NCBI GenBank assembly: GCA_038143065.1 | Contig: JAYQLI010000035.1 | Span: forward strand, 224,001-288,000 | Source: Rhodospirillales bacterium | GTDB taxonomy: Bacteria; Pseudomonadota; Alphaproteobacteria; Bin95 | DNA: 64,000 nucleotides | Direction of reading: 5' to 3' | Shown: piece by piece, positions 26,083 through 37,069 of the stretch | How positions within the stretch are numbered: position 1 is the stretch's first letter | Layout: each line of letters begins with the position of its first letter | Notes under the pieces: generated by a model | Seen by the model: only the letters and a program-made list of their open reading frames with translations | What the model was told of the DNA's origin: nothing | Databases searched by the model: none | Made by a program: the position numbers and the translations under genes

Positions 26083-26562
26083 TTACTCCGCCGCACTGCT
26101 TTGCGCGGCTGTTTCGGGAATTGTTGAGCGTGATTGGACTACTTCGGAGAGTCGGCCCCTAACCATGGTCATGAGATCCATAAGAGTTTCACGTTGATCA
26201 TCACTGAGATCTCTTGTTGCCTCTGCAACGATTTTGTCAGCTACAGCTCGTATTTTTGCTTGGGCCGTTGCTGCGCTAGGAGTTGGAAATACGCGCCTAA
26301 CACGCCGGTCAACGGGATCGGGCTCTCTGCGAACAAGCCCATTTTCCTCTAATCGATCTAGAAGCCGTCCTGCCGTTGCTCTCTCAACCTCCATCATTTC
26401 GGCTAACTCTGTTTGGGAGCAACCTGGTCTTCGGGCTAATCGAGCGAGAACCATCCATTGAGCGCGTGTTACGCCAAGGGCATTTACCTGGCGATCAAAC
26501 TCAGTTCTCATTAGTCTTGATATGTCTGCGGCCAGAAAACCAACGTGGCGGTCGTCTTCCAA
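26083..26562 (-). CDS. MarR family transcriptional regulator
   Basis: GVTRAQW, SQTELAE, LDRLEENGLVRR..DRR. Confidence 0.9.
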   Translation of the reverse strand: MEDDRHVGFLAADISRLMRTEFDRQVNALGVTRAQWMVLARLARRPGCSQTELAEMMEVERATAGRLLDRLEENGLVRREPDPVDRRVRRVFPTPSAATAQAKIRAVADKIVAEATRDLSDDQRETLMDLMTMVRGRLSEVVQSRSTIPETAAQSSAAE

Positions 26563-26590
26563 TTAACTCACACCTAAGAGAAGGGATACA

Positions 26591-27847
26591 CTACCTCACA
26601 TATATTGCCGAAAAAACTGTTGGCAAGACTATTGTTGCGTACGTTACGATTTTTTTTATTGCATCTTTGAAATATGCCATGGTCACAAGGATACAAACGA
26701 CAGTCATGGCTATAAAACCAACCTGATATGATCCTGTAAGTACAACAATTGCTGATAGCGCTTGTGGAAAAATAGTGGATCCAAAAAAGGTCAACGCCAG
26801 AACGCCAGAGGTTGCAAGCCCTACCTGGCCCGAAGGTGCGCGCTTAGCTGTCTCATAAAGCATTACGCCATTCCAAGCTAGAACACTGAGGCCAAGTACT
26901 AAGCCAAGAGTGCCAAGCAAAAATACACCCCATCCAGCATTTGCGATCAATAAAACAATTAGTGCGCAAGCCATTAGGATTGGAAGAATAGTTAACAGTC
27001 GTGCAGTTGGTGTGGTGTCGGCTAGCCAACCCCATGCAATGCGACCAAAGATTGCTGCTACTCCTGCAACGGCCAAAGGCAAGGCAGCGAGCTGTTTTGA
27101 AAGGCCAACACTGTCCTCTAAGTAAACAACCAAAAAACTTGTCACTGCTACCTGAACACCAGCGAAAGCGAGGCTGGCTAGAGCTATTCTTCTGAGATAG
27201 GGGTATTGCCTTAAAAGGGTGAGAGCTAATCGAGCAGATGTAAAACTATTGCCCATCTTTGTGCCACGCTCATCCAACATGGTGGCTGCAGTCTTCAAAG
27301 CAAGCAATGCTGCCAAACAAACGATGGCAAGACACATGAGAGACGCTCTCCAGCCTATTGATGCTTGTAGAACTGGCATAGTCACACTTGCTAAAAAGTA
27401 TCCTATGGGTACACCAGTTTGCTTGATCGACATGATCAGGCCAAGTCGGTGCTCTGGGGACCATCTCGACAATACAACAGAGCTAGCGGGGGTCATTGGA
27501 CCGTATCCAAGTCCAATTAAGAGTGCCGATGCGAACAATGCTATTGGATGACCTAGTGCTGCAAAAAGGCATCCGATGGCCGACATGCCCACACCTATCC
27601 TCACAGCAGTGATGCCTCCATAGCGGTCCACTAAACTACCGCCTCCAAGTGCAGAAATTGCTGCAGAAAAAAATACTATTCCAGTAAATATTCCTATCAA
27701 CGAGGGAGAGACTTCAGCTTCTACTGCTATTTGAACTGCAAGTATCGCAGGTGAAAGTTGAGCTGCTGCACCTAAACCTTGGCCGCTCATGGTCGCAGCA
27801 ATAGCTATGGTGGTGCGGCTGGTCCACTTTTCTTCTGGTTTTTTCAA
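26591..27847 (-). CDS. MFS transporter (true stop may be at 26644 if one base of the T8 run is extra)
   Basis: About 12 hydrophobic segments, LVDRYG, SIKQTGVPIG, GRIAWGWLAD. Confidence 0.85.
   Translation of the reverse strand: MKKPEEKWTSRTTIAIAATMSGQGLGAAAQLSPAILAVQIAVEAEVSPSLIGIFTGIVFFSAAISALGGGSLVDRYGGITAVRIGVGMSAIGCLFAALGHPIALFASALLIGLGYGPMTPASSVVLSRWSPEHRLGLIMSIKQTGVPIGYFLASVTMPVLQASIGWRASLMCLAIVCLAALLALKTAATMLDERGTKMGNSFTSARLALTLLRQYPYLRRIALASLAFAGVQVAVTSFLVVYLEDSVGLSKQLAALPLAVAGVAAIFGRIAWGWLADTTPTARLLTILPILMACALIVLLIANAGWGVFLLGTLGLVLGLSVLAWNGVMLYETAKRAPSGQVGLATSGVLALTFFGSTIFPQALSAIVVLTGSYQVGFIAMTVVCILVTMAYFKDAIKKIVTYATIVLPTVFSAIYVR
26631..26650. promoter_or_regulatory. Putative MarR operator palindrome
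   Basis: ATTGTTGCGTACGTTACGAT is self-complementary at 14 of 20 positions, ~70 bp upstream of marR. Confidence 0.45.
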
Positions 27848-27854
27848 TTTTTAA

Positions 27855-28325
27855 TCAGTCTACCAAGTGGCGGCTATTTAAGGCCCTCGACCGCAGTCTT
27901 TCGGCCGCCTTTCCAATAATTCTTGCCATCCGTTCGGATGCGAAGTCCGTTTGAGACAGAGCTATACCAATATCAAAAATTTCATCATAACGATCTATAA
28001 GATCACCTTTAAGTCTAAAGCGAGACATCCCTTCAAAAACTATCCGCTTTCCTTTCACGCCTTCAAGCTTTGAAGCATAGGAAAAACGCCAGTTTGCATA
28101 ACCAATGTCAGCGTTCGCCGGAGGTTTATCCATATCCCATCGAAATGCCTCAGCGTCACGCCAAAAATGATTTTCGAGCATGTCCTTGATCGCAGAGGGT
28201 CCATGAAACTCACCATAAAATGTGTCATGATAAATACCATCCTGGGCGAATAAAGATCCCAAAGCTGTTCCATCCCCAGCTTCAACGGCAGCAGTGAAGC
28301 GAGAGAGAATGGCATCGAACGTCAT
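27855..28325 (-). CDS. SnoaL-like / NTF2 family protein
   Basis: LFAQDGIYHDTFYG, EGMSRF, YDEIFD; start overlaps upstream MFS stop. Confidence 0.75.
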   Translation of the reverse strand: MTFDAILSRFTAAVEAGDGTALGSLFAQDGIYHDTFYGEFHGPSAIKDMLENHFWRDAEAFRWDMDKPPANADIGYANWRFSYASKLEGVKGKRIVFEGMSRFRLKGDLIDRYDEIFDIGIALSQTDFASERMARIIGKAAERLRSRALNSRHLVD

Positions 28326-29530
28326 GTGTGTCGTCTCCATGAGGTTATGATCACAGGAACCAAAAATTTTATGCCTACCAAGGCCGCTGGAAGCGAAGCA
28401 GAGATAAATATGGTTTCGTAAGAAACACCAAAATCTCTTAGAATTTTAGCGAAAAAGGGAAACGATAGCATTCCAAGAGCACCAAAGAATAGAACGCCCC
28501 CAGTAACCGGTCCGACCTGACCAGCAGGAGAAAGGCGGGCAACCTCAGATAAGAGTAATCCGTGCCAAGAAAGAGCAGAAGCCCCAAATGACAGAGAAAT
28601 GAAGCCCACGAGCCAAATATCCCATCCGTTTGCCATTCCTAGAGAAGCTGTTGCTGCCGCCATCACAAAATCAAGAACGGCTAGAACCATTCTGGCTGAT
28701 GCAAACGAAGATCCTATCCATCCCCAAAAAATCCGAGCAAACGCTGCTACTCCGTTTACGATAATTAAGATTTCTAGCGCTATATCTTTCGGGTACCCCA
28801 ATTCTTGCTGAGCATATGTGGCGAAGATGGAGTTAAAGAGACCTTGGCATCCAACAAAAGCAAACATTCCGAGAGATAAATCTCTCAAAGCAGGTGTCCT
28901 TGCCGCGTTAGAGATGTTTCGGATTGCATCTGACCAGCGAACTGGATAACCCGGATTTCTGTCATCATCGAAGCTGCGCCGCATTGGATGAATAATAACT
29001 ATCAAAATCAAACAGATGATTGATGTTGCTAGGAATGCACGTGTCCACGTCTCTGGCTGCGCAGCATCGACTAATAACCAAGCTGCCAGTACTGCAAATT
29101 GACCACCTACAGGGACCCCCGTTTGTTTTATGGAAAAAATTAGAGGTGCGTACTTCGCTGGGCTACGTCTTGCTAATAGATGAGAGCTGGCCGGGGTAGA
29201 GAACGAATTTGCAGCGCCCATCATGAGCGCGGCGAGAGCGAATGCCCATAAAGTACCAACCATACTAAGTGCTAACCCTAGTCCCAGACCTAAAAGACTT
29301 ATTTGGCTGGCGCGGATAGCTCCCCATCGGATTATCAGTCCTCCTACACTGGCCTGGAAAAGGCCTGAGATGGCGTAGAAAAGGGTAGTATGATACAGAA
29401 CAAGTTCAGCATTTAGCATCAAAGCTTGCCCTGCCTGAGGTGCAACGTTCGGTAAAACCTGCGCTGCCATATAACTCATGGCCTGCTGAAACAGCATGGC
29501 AACTATAACGATATAAAGTGCAGCATTCAT
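28322..29530 (-). CDS. MFS transporter
   Basis: TPASSHLL, SIKQTGVPVGG, RIFWGWI; about 12 TM. Confidence 0.85.
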   Translation of the reverse strand: MNAALYIVIVAMLFQQAMSYMAAQVLPNVAPQAGQALMLNAELVLYHTTLFYAISGLFQASVGGLIIRWGAIRASQISLLGLGLGLALSMVGTLWAFALAALMMGAANSFSTPASSHLLARRSPAKYAPLIFSIKQTGVPVGGQFAVLAAWLLVDAAQPETWTRAFLATSIICLILIVIIHPMRRSFDDDRNPGYPVRWSDAIRNISNAARTPALRDLSLGMFAFVGCQGLFNSIFATYAQQELGYPKDIALEILIIVNGVAAFARIFWGWIGSSFASARMVLAVLDFVMAAATASLGMANGWDIWLVGFISLSFGASALSWHGLLLSEVARLSPAGQVGPVTGGVLFFGALGMLSFPFFAKILRDFGVSYETIFISASLPAALVGIKFLVPVIITSWRRHT

Positions 29531-30710
29531 TTTGATCTACGTTCTGGCAGAGCAAATAGTAGACCGCATAAAAGCGATGGTAGAGCTATAATCGTGAAGC
29601 CTATTCCCGGAATTCCAAGAGAAACAAAAACGGCGCCATGTAAGGCTGGAAGGACTATTAAGCCTAGAAAACAGCAAGATATAATTCCACCCATTACTAT
29701 AGGTACTTGCCCTGAGGGCGCTTGTCGAGCTACCTCTGCCAAGTGCACTCCATTCCATGAAATACCGGTTGCGCCAAAAGCTACAGCTGCCGCAGCAAGG
29801 CCCCATATTCCCCAATTTTGATCAGCCATTCCAACTGCAGCAATAGAGACAAACATGGTTATTGAGAGCCATATAAGTAGCTTTCGTGGGTCCATTCGCC
29901 CTCCGGCTATCCAGCCCCAGAATATGCGCCCAACAATCGCAACAATGCTGGCAGCTGCGTACACCCTCCCAGCAACTACTGGCTCTAATTTCACTTCCTC
30001 TACGGCAAATGCGATGAAGTAGTACATGAAAGCTACCTGTAAGCCAGAGAATGCAAAACCTGAAAAGGCTAATTTCTGTAATCCTGGTGTAGCGGTTGCC
30101 GCCTTAAAACTAGACTTGATATCCTTAATAGATATCAGACGGGACGGTGACCGCTGATCATCGAAACGGTTACGAAAGCGTTGCATCCAAATAGAAGCAA
30201 GCAAAGCGGCACAACTGGACGCCATCAGAGCAACTTGCCACGAAAACGCCTCTGCCAATGGGACTAAGACTGCACCCGCGAGAAACCCTCCCACGGGAAC
30301 TCCTGTTTGTTTTATGGAAAAAACTAAAGGAGCTTGGGAAGGTTTTGAGAAACGAGCCAGGATTTGGGAACTTGCTGGCGTGGTAGGTCCCATCCACACC
30401 CCAGCAGCAGCGCTGCTGGAATAATTAGCCAAAACTCTCCAAAGCTAGCGATTAGCATTGCGAGTGCCGCAGCGATTAGACAGATCTGGCTCGCTCTTAA
30501 TGGGCCAAACTTGATGATCGCGCTTCCCGCAGCGCTCGAAGAAAAGAAACCTATGCAATATACCAGTAGGGAATAGACGGCGATTTTTGAATCAGTCAGC
30601 CCAAAATCTGGTCCAATGAATTTCCAAAGGCTTGGAATAGCTGAGGTGCTCATTGTCATAAGCGATTGTTGAATGAGCATGGCGACGATAGCCGCCCTTA
30701 AGAAAACCAT
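29527..30710 (-). CDS. MFS transporter (indel near 30400)
   Basis: TPASSQIL, SIKQTGVPVGG, GRIFWGWIA, SWNGV. Confidence 0.85.
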
Positions 30711-30792
30711 GGCTTCAGGCCTAAATTCTTCGGCTGCGATAGAAAAGCCGTCGCCGCACGGTTTGGAGAAAGTTCCCAGTAAAAAAGCGTTT

Positions 30793-31677
30793 TCACATTT
30801 TTGATTGGGCTGTAAAGATCGATCCATATCCAAGCCTTGCCCAGTCTGGTGGTACGGGGCAGGGTCTGGGATCTATATGGGGAAACTTAGCTGATATTCC
30901 GCGCACAATTTCTCCGGTCTTCGATGTTGGTGTTGGTGCGGCGGTCCAGGGAAACGCATCAGCTGATGAATAAACGAATAATAGGAGTGGCCGTGTTTGG
31001 TCCGTTAAATTGCTAGATGAGCCATGAACTGTCCGACAATTAATAGCAATAACGGTCCCTGCAGGGCCTGTTAGATTTACAGCATCTGCAACTCCAGCCT
31101 CATTTTCTTCATCAGGTCTAATAGATCCTGTCCAATTCTCATTTAGATCATAATGAGAAAAGATCTTGCCGTTGTGACTTCCAGGAACACAGGCTAGTGG
31201 ACCTGTTTTAGTAGTTACATCATCCAAATAAATACCGATCGTAACTGGGCTATAATTGGTATGGGGCCAAGCGGGTATGTCTTGGTGCCATTTTACGATT
31301 TCACCACCACCTGGCCATTTGTAATTCAGTTTGGCGCTGTGAAATTTAACATCAGGGCCCACAAGATCTGCTGCTATTCCGGTCAAAAACTCTGAAGTTG
31401 CTAATTCCCAAAAAAATGGATGAGCATCGACAGGGCGCCTGAGGCGACGCACATGAGGTGTTTGTGATGAATGATTGGGTCCTAAATCAAAAAATTCATT
31501 GGAAGCTTCGAGTTCACGACTTTTTTCTAAAAAATCGGCTGACATTTGCTGAATTTTTTTAAGCAGCTCTGGCGGGGTTATTGCAGGAGAAGAAGTGTAT
31601 CCTTCACTGAAGTAACGTTTGCGCTCTTCTTGTGAGAGTATGATCGGAGGGTGATTGATTATGTCTTCTGGCGTCAT
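30793..31677 (-). CDS. Phytanoyl-CoA dioxygenase (PhyH) family Fe(II)/2OG oxygenase
   Basis: KLNYK, WHQD, VPGSH, VHGS..N...R. Confidence 0.88.
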   Translation of the reverse strand: MTPEDIINHPPIILSQEERKRYFSEGYTSSPAITPPELLKKIQQMSADFLEKSRELEASNEFFDLGPNHSSQTPHVRRLRRPVDAHPFFWELATSEFLTGIAADLVGPDVKFHSAKLNYKWPGGGEIVKWHQDIPAWPHTNYSPVTIGIYLDDVTTKTGPLACVPGSHNGKIFSHYDLNENWTGSIRPDEENEAGVADAVNLTGPAGTVIAINCRTVHGSSSNLTDQTRPLLLFVYSSADAFPWTAAPTPTSKTGEIVRGISAKFPHIDPRPCPVPPDWARLGYGSIFTAQSKM

Positions 31678-31742
31678 AGCTGCATCAATTATCCAAAGAG
31701 TCTTTTTTCAGGATACTTCAGTATTTTGATTAACTGGTAGTC

Positions 31743-33700
31743 TTAATATTGAAGCTCTTCTCTATCGCGAAATTGCTCTAAGGCTTCTGGGTTATCTAAT
31801 GCTTCTTTGTTTTTAATTGGGCGATTGTGCACAACATCACGAACAGCGAGTTCGACGATTTTTCCAGAGCGTGTGCGAGGAATGTCAGTCACTTGAAGGA
31901 CCTTTGCAGGAACGTGTCTTGGGGATGCCCCCTCACGAATGCGTTTCTTAATTCGTTGCACAAGGTCGTCACTTAACTCTTGTTGCTCTCGCAGTCTGAC
32001 AAACAAAACCACTCGGACATCACCATCAATATCCTGTCCGATAACTATACTTTCTAATACTTCTGGAAGCTGCTCTACTTGCCGATAAATTTCAGCTGTC
32101 CCGATACGAACACCACCTGGATTTAAGGTAGCGTCGGATCGTCCGTAGATCACCAGTCCACCATTTTTTGTGAATGCAGCAAAGTCCCCATGCCGCCAAA
32201 CATTTTTGTAAGTAGAATAATACGCATCAAAATACCGACTTCCGTCTGCATCATTCCAAAAACCAATAGGCATAGAAGGAAAGGGGCCCATGCAACACAG
32301 CTCTCCTTTTTCGCCGATTGAAGCTCTGCTTCCATTTTCAAGAAGAGTAGCAACGTCCATGGCAAGAGCTGGAGCTTGTATTTCTCCACGCCAAACTGGT
32401 TGAGTAGTGACACCACCTACAAAACACCCACAAAGGTCGGTTCCACCAGAAATAGATGCCAAACATACATCTGCTTTTACGCTCTCGTAGACGTAGTCGA
32501 AGCCTTCTGGAACAAGGACAGACCCTGTTGAGAGAATTGTTTTGAGACTTTTCAGATCATGAGTTTTGGCGGGGTTTATTCCACCCTTCTGGCAACCTTC
32601 TAAATACTTCGCTGAGGTTCCAAAAACATCAAATTTTTGTTCTTCCGCATAATTCCAAAGAACATTGCCATCTGGATGAAAAGGAGAACCGTCATAGAGC
32701 ATTAAAGTAGCGCCCGCAGCTAAACCGCTGGCTTGCCAATTCCACATCATCCAACCCAATGTTGTGAAATAAAAAGGACGCATTCCTGGTTTCATATCAG
32801 TATGCAAAATGTACTCTTTGAGGTGCTGTAATAGGACGCCGCCAGCCTTGTGCACGATACACTTTGGTGCCCCTGTAGTGCCTGAGGAGTAGAGGATATA
32901 AAGAGGATGATCGAAAGGGAGATGGATGTAATCTGGAGGCGCGTCTGAATGACCTTTTAACCAATCTTCAAGCATCAACGAGTATGGAATATCAGTTATA
33001 TCCGTCTTGTCTTCTAAGAAAGGAATGACAACAATTTTTTCAAGTCCTTCAAGCTCTCCTGCAACAGTTTTGATTTTTGATCTCAAATCAATGCGTTTAC
33101 TGGCGTACACATACCCATCTACAGTTACCATCACTTTCGGTTGAACCTGTCCAAAGCGGTCCAACACACCTTGTGCACCAAAATCTGGCGAACAGGATGT
33201 CCAAGTTGCTCCAATTGCTGCGGCTCCTGCCATAATAGCAATTGCTTCTGGAATGTTTGGAAGAAACCCCGCAACTCGATCACCAGGCTGAATTCCCATC
33301 GCTACCAATGCACGAGAAACTTGTCCCGCCATGCTGACAAGTTCGTTGCCAGACATGGTTTTTTCTAAGCCGTCTTCTCTTCTGAAAATTAGGCAGGTTG
33401 TTCGTTGCAATGCCGTAAAAGGTTTTCTGCAAAATTTAATCGCGCGTCGGGGAAGTAAGAAGCGCCGGGCATTTTCTCGGCATCTATTAAAATACGCTTA
33501 CCTTTTTTTTCTGAAATGATGCCTGCCCAATCCCAGAAATCAGACCAGAATGCAGGTTGATCAGATACAGACCATGAGTGAAGCTCTGCATAGTTGGAGA
33601 AAATTCGTCTACGTTCCGTCTGCTGCCAGTCTACAAATGCTGCAAGATTGGAGGCAGAAGCACGTTCTGCTGAGGGCTGCCACATCGGTTCTAACATCAA
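31743..33700 (-). CDS. Acetoacetate--CoA ligase (indel near 33410)
   Basis: LNFAENLL, SCSPDFG, YSSGTTGAPKCIVH, GWMMWNW, SISGGTD, GRSDATLNPGGVRIG. Confidence 0.92.
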
Positions 33701-33845
33701 ACTTTAAACTCCAACACCAGTGAATCAGTAAGCTATATCCTATTTCTAATTTGCGATCAGCTTGGAATGCGTCAGATGCATAGCGGATCGGCGTTTTTAG
33801 CCATCGCGTAAGTTATTTTTTGAAGTATGCTCGACAGCTGAGACA

Positions 33846-34791
33846 ATGACTACTAAAGTTTCTTCCTCCGCGCGAAATTCGCCCAGTTGCTGCTGCACTT
33901 TATATGCTCGGTGCATGCTCATTTTTCGCTTTCAATTCAATCTTTGTTAAACTCGCTGCCGATACCGGTCTTCATCCATTTCAAATCGCGTTTTTCAGGA
34001 ATTTTTTTGCGCTCCTTATAATTTTACCCGTTGTGCTTTCGACATCAGGTCCGCACGTTCTTATCCCTAAAAAGCCAGCTATGTTGGCTTTGCGCGGAGG
34101 TCTTAATGGTGCGTCGATGATGGCCTGGTTCTATGCCGTTCCGTTAATGGCAATCACCGATCTAACTGCCATCGGCTTTACAGCTCCAATTTGGGCGACA
34201 CTTCTAGCCGCGATATTTCTTGGCGAAAAAATGCGGCTTAGGCGTTGGAGCGCCATCTTTATTGGCATATGTGGAGCTTTACTGGTTGTTCGTCCTGGGT
34301 TTCAGGAGCTTAATTCTGCAGTCTTTCTTGTGCTTTTTTCGTCCGCGACATGGGGTGCTACTCTGATTGTAATTCGGCGCCTAACATCTTTGGAGCATAT
34401 AAACACAATTCTAGTTTATCAGGCTCTAATGATGGCAGCCATTGCCTTTTTGCCAATGCTTTTTGTCTGGGAAACGCCCAATCTGATGGGATGGTTCTGG
34501 ATGTTTGTTCTTGGCGTGTTAGCGATGGGCGCTCATTCTTTGCACGTAAGGGCATTCTCGATGCAGGAAGTTTCCGCGCTTCAACCTATAGATTTTGCGC
34601 GCTTTCCAATTGCAGCGGTTGGCGCCTTTATCATTTTGGGGGAAATGTTAAGTCCTTGGACAGCGCTAGGCGCCCTTATTGTATTTACCTCGGGAGCATA
34701 CATATCCCATCGGGAAGTAAAACTAAGAAATGAAAACACAGTCAAGGAGCCTGTGAACGGCGCTTCAATTTTAGCTAAGTCAAAACCTTAA
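33846..34791 (+). CDS. DMT/EamA transporter (5' indel)
   Basis: FFRN, FTAPIW, LGEK..LRRW; about 10 TM. Confidence 0.85.
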
Positions 34792-35705
34792 TGGTTAGTC
34801 CTACAGTTTATATTGATCGACTATCTCCAATTATGCGTGCCACTGTGTATGCGTTATGCGCTGCTCTGTTTTTTTCTTTTATGGCAATTTGTATTCGCGC
34901 TGCCAGCGAGGAGTTACATCCGACGGTTATAGTTTTTTTTAGGAATATTCTTGCGTTGTTATGGATGGTGCCTTGGCTTAGTCGGGCTGGTCTTGGCGCC
35001 ATGCGAACTGATAGATTTCCATTGTTCTGCGTGCGGAGTTTACTCGGCCTTGTAGGCATGACTAGTGGATTTTGGGCTGTGACGCTTATACCAATATCCC
35101 AGGCTACAGCACTTTCCTTTTCATCACCTATTTTTGCGACTATCGGAGCCGCTCTTTTTCTAGGCGAGATTGTCCGAATTCGTCGCTGGACTGCTGTTAT
35201 TATTGGTTTTTTAGGCGCGATGATCGTTGTTTTAGGTAACAACAAGGGAATTGCCCAAATTGGCGCACTGGAACTTGGTGTTCTCCTAGCCCTGCTTAAC
35301 GCGGTAATTATGGCCTCAAATAAACTCGTTCTTAAGTCTCTCACCAGAACAGAGAGACCTGAAGCAATTGTGACATACATGGTACTGCTTCTCACGCCAC
35401 TTTCACTTTTTCCAGCACTTTTGTTTTGGTCGTGGCCGAGTTTGAACTGTGTTGTATGGCTAATAATATTGGCGTTAGTTGGAACAGTAGGCCACTTGTG
35501 CATGACTAGAGCCTTTAAGTCGGCAGACGTGACGGTTGTGCTGCCCTTTGACTTTGCTCGTTTGCCTATTTCTGCACTTCTGGCGTTCTTTATATTCGCA
35601 GAGATTCCCACATTTTGGACTGTATTGGGCGGAGCAGTAATATTCGCATCGACATTCTATATAGCTCGTCGAGAGGCAGCATTGGCACGGCTGCGCGAGA
35701 AATAA
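34791..35705 (+). CDS. DMT/EamA transporter
   Basis: FFRN, FSSPIF, LGEIVRIRRW, PFDFARL; tandem paralog of the upstream gene. Confidence 0.88.
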   Translation: MVSPTVYIDRLSPIMRATVYALCAALFFSFMAICIRAASEELHPTVIVFFRNILALLWMVPWLSRAGLGAMRTDRFPLFCVRSLLGLVGMTSGFWAVTLIPISQATALSFSSPIFATIGAALFLGEIVRIRRWTAVIIGFLGAMIVVLGNNKGIAQIGALELGVLLALLNAVIMASNKLVLKSLTRTERPEAIVTYMVLLLTPLSLFPALLFWSWPSLNCVVWLIILALVGTVGHLCMTRAFKSADVTVVLPFDFARLPISALLAFFIFAEIPTFWTVLGGAVIFASTFYIARREAALARLREK

Positions 35706-35787
35706 GAAATTTGATTATCCCCTTTTCAGACTGACTTGTTCATGCAGTAATTGCTTTCTTGAGTAATAAGAAAGCAGGGGATTTAAT

Positions 35788-37056
35788 ATGACATTAGCAT
35801 CAGTTTCAGAGTTCGATGCTGACTCTCCTAAATTTTTGCGTGGCAAATATGCCATATGTGGGATTGGTGAAACTACTTACCGTCGTGGATCAGAGGAATC
35901 GACACGCAGTCTTGCAACCTGGGCCATAAAAAATGCCATGGATGATGCCGGGATTGGGCCGTCTGATATCGATGGCATGCTTTCTTATTCAGGAAATGAC
36001 TCTGTGCATGCTCCTTGGGTCGCAGGAGATCTCGGAATACGTCTAAATTTCTACATGGATGTTCATGGGGGAGGCTCATCCACTGAGGCTCTCATTGGAA
36101 TTGCCATAGGTGTGATTGAAGCTGGCATGTGCAAGACCGTTGCAATTTACAGGGCTATGAATGGTTATAGTCAGGTGCGTATCGGGGGAACTGGAGCCCG
36201 TTCTGCGGTTCCAATAGTTGGTGACCAAATTCATAATAGGGCTTATGGCTGGCAATCAGCGGGGCAGATGTTTGCCCCTACTTTTCTGCGCCACATGTAT
36301 GATTACGGAACTACTCCGGAGCAAGTTGCAGCTGTAAAAGTAGCTCATTCAAAACACGCGTCTAACAATCCCAAAGCCTACTATAAAAATAGGGTGACGA
36401 TTGAAGACGTAGTTAACTCGCGCATTATTTGTAAGCCCCTGCATTTGCTCGATTGCTGTGTCGAAACAGATAACGCAACCTGTATTATTGTAACCAGAAT
36501 TGATCGTGCTAGAGACTGTAAAAATCCTCCGGCTGTAATTCAATCAGTTGTCGGTCGATGCTGCAAACCCAGAATTGATATGCACTATCAACATGGACCA
36601 ATCTCAACCGTTGCTGGTCATTATGCAAAGAACATTCTCTGGCCCAATGCAGGGTTAGGCCCAGAGGATGTCGATGTTACAGGCTCTTATGACGCCTTTA
36701 CTTTCACTACCATGCTGCAACTTGAGGATTACGGTTTTTGTAAAAAGGGCGAAGGTGGTGATTATGTCTCCTCGGGAGCCATCGAGCTTGGAGGGATGCG
36801 CCCTAACAATACGTCAGGTGGGCATCTATGTGAGGGCTACACCCACGGTATGAACATGGTGATCGAAAATACCCGACAACTTCGAGGGGAAGTAGATGAC
36901 AGCTGTCCGGTTGGTCCAGATGGTAAGCGCCAACATACCCACGATTACAGCGAGGGAGGCTGTCGTCAGGTCAAGGATGTAGAGGTGACGGCTAATCTCG
37001 GGTGGGCAATGCCCGGAACTGGTTCTGCCATGGTTATGGCTAAAGACTCGCGCTGA
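35788..37056 (+). CDS. Thiolase-superfamily (SCPx/Ltp2-like) protein lacking the nucleophilic Cys; probable CoA-ester aldolase
   Basis: GIGET, GGGSS at the usual CxS position, LLDCC, YDAFT, NTSGGHL.EGY.HG. Confidence 0.8.
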   Translation: MTLASVSEFDADSPKFLRGKYAICGIGETTYRRGSEESTRSLATWAIKNAMDDAGIGPSDIDGMLSYSGNDSVHAPWVAGDLGIRLNFYMDVHGGGSSTEALIGIAIGVIEAGMCKTVAIYRAMNGYSQVRIGGTGARSAVPIVGDQIHNRAYGWQSAGQMFAPTFLRHMYDYGTTPEQVAAVKVAHSKHASNNPKAYYKNRVTIEDVVNSRIICKPLHLLDCCVETDNATCIIVTRIDRARDCKNPPAVIQSVVGRCCKPRIDMHYQHGPISTVAGHYAKNILWPNAGLGPEDVDVTGSYDAFTFTTMLQLEDYGFCKKGEGGDYVSSGAIELGGMRPNNTSGGHLCEGYTHGMNMVIENTRQLRGEVDDSCPVGPDGKRQHTHDYSEGGCRQVKDVEVTANLGWAMPGTGSAMVMAKDSR

Positions 37057-37069
37057 AGGGAAAATAGAT

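Noticed and set aside
34808-35611. 267-aa antisense ORF
   Set aside because: Shadow frame of a hydrophobic EamA gene; no motifs
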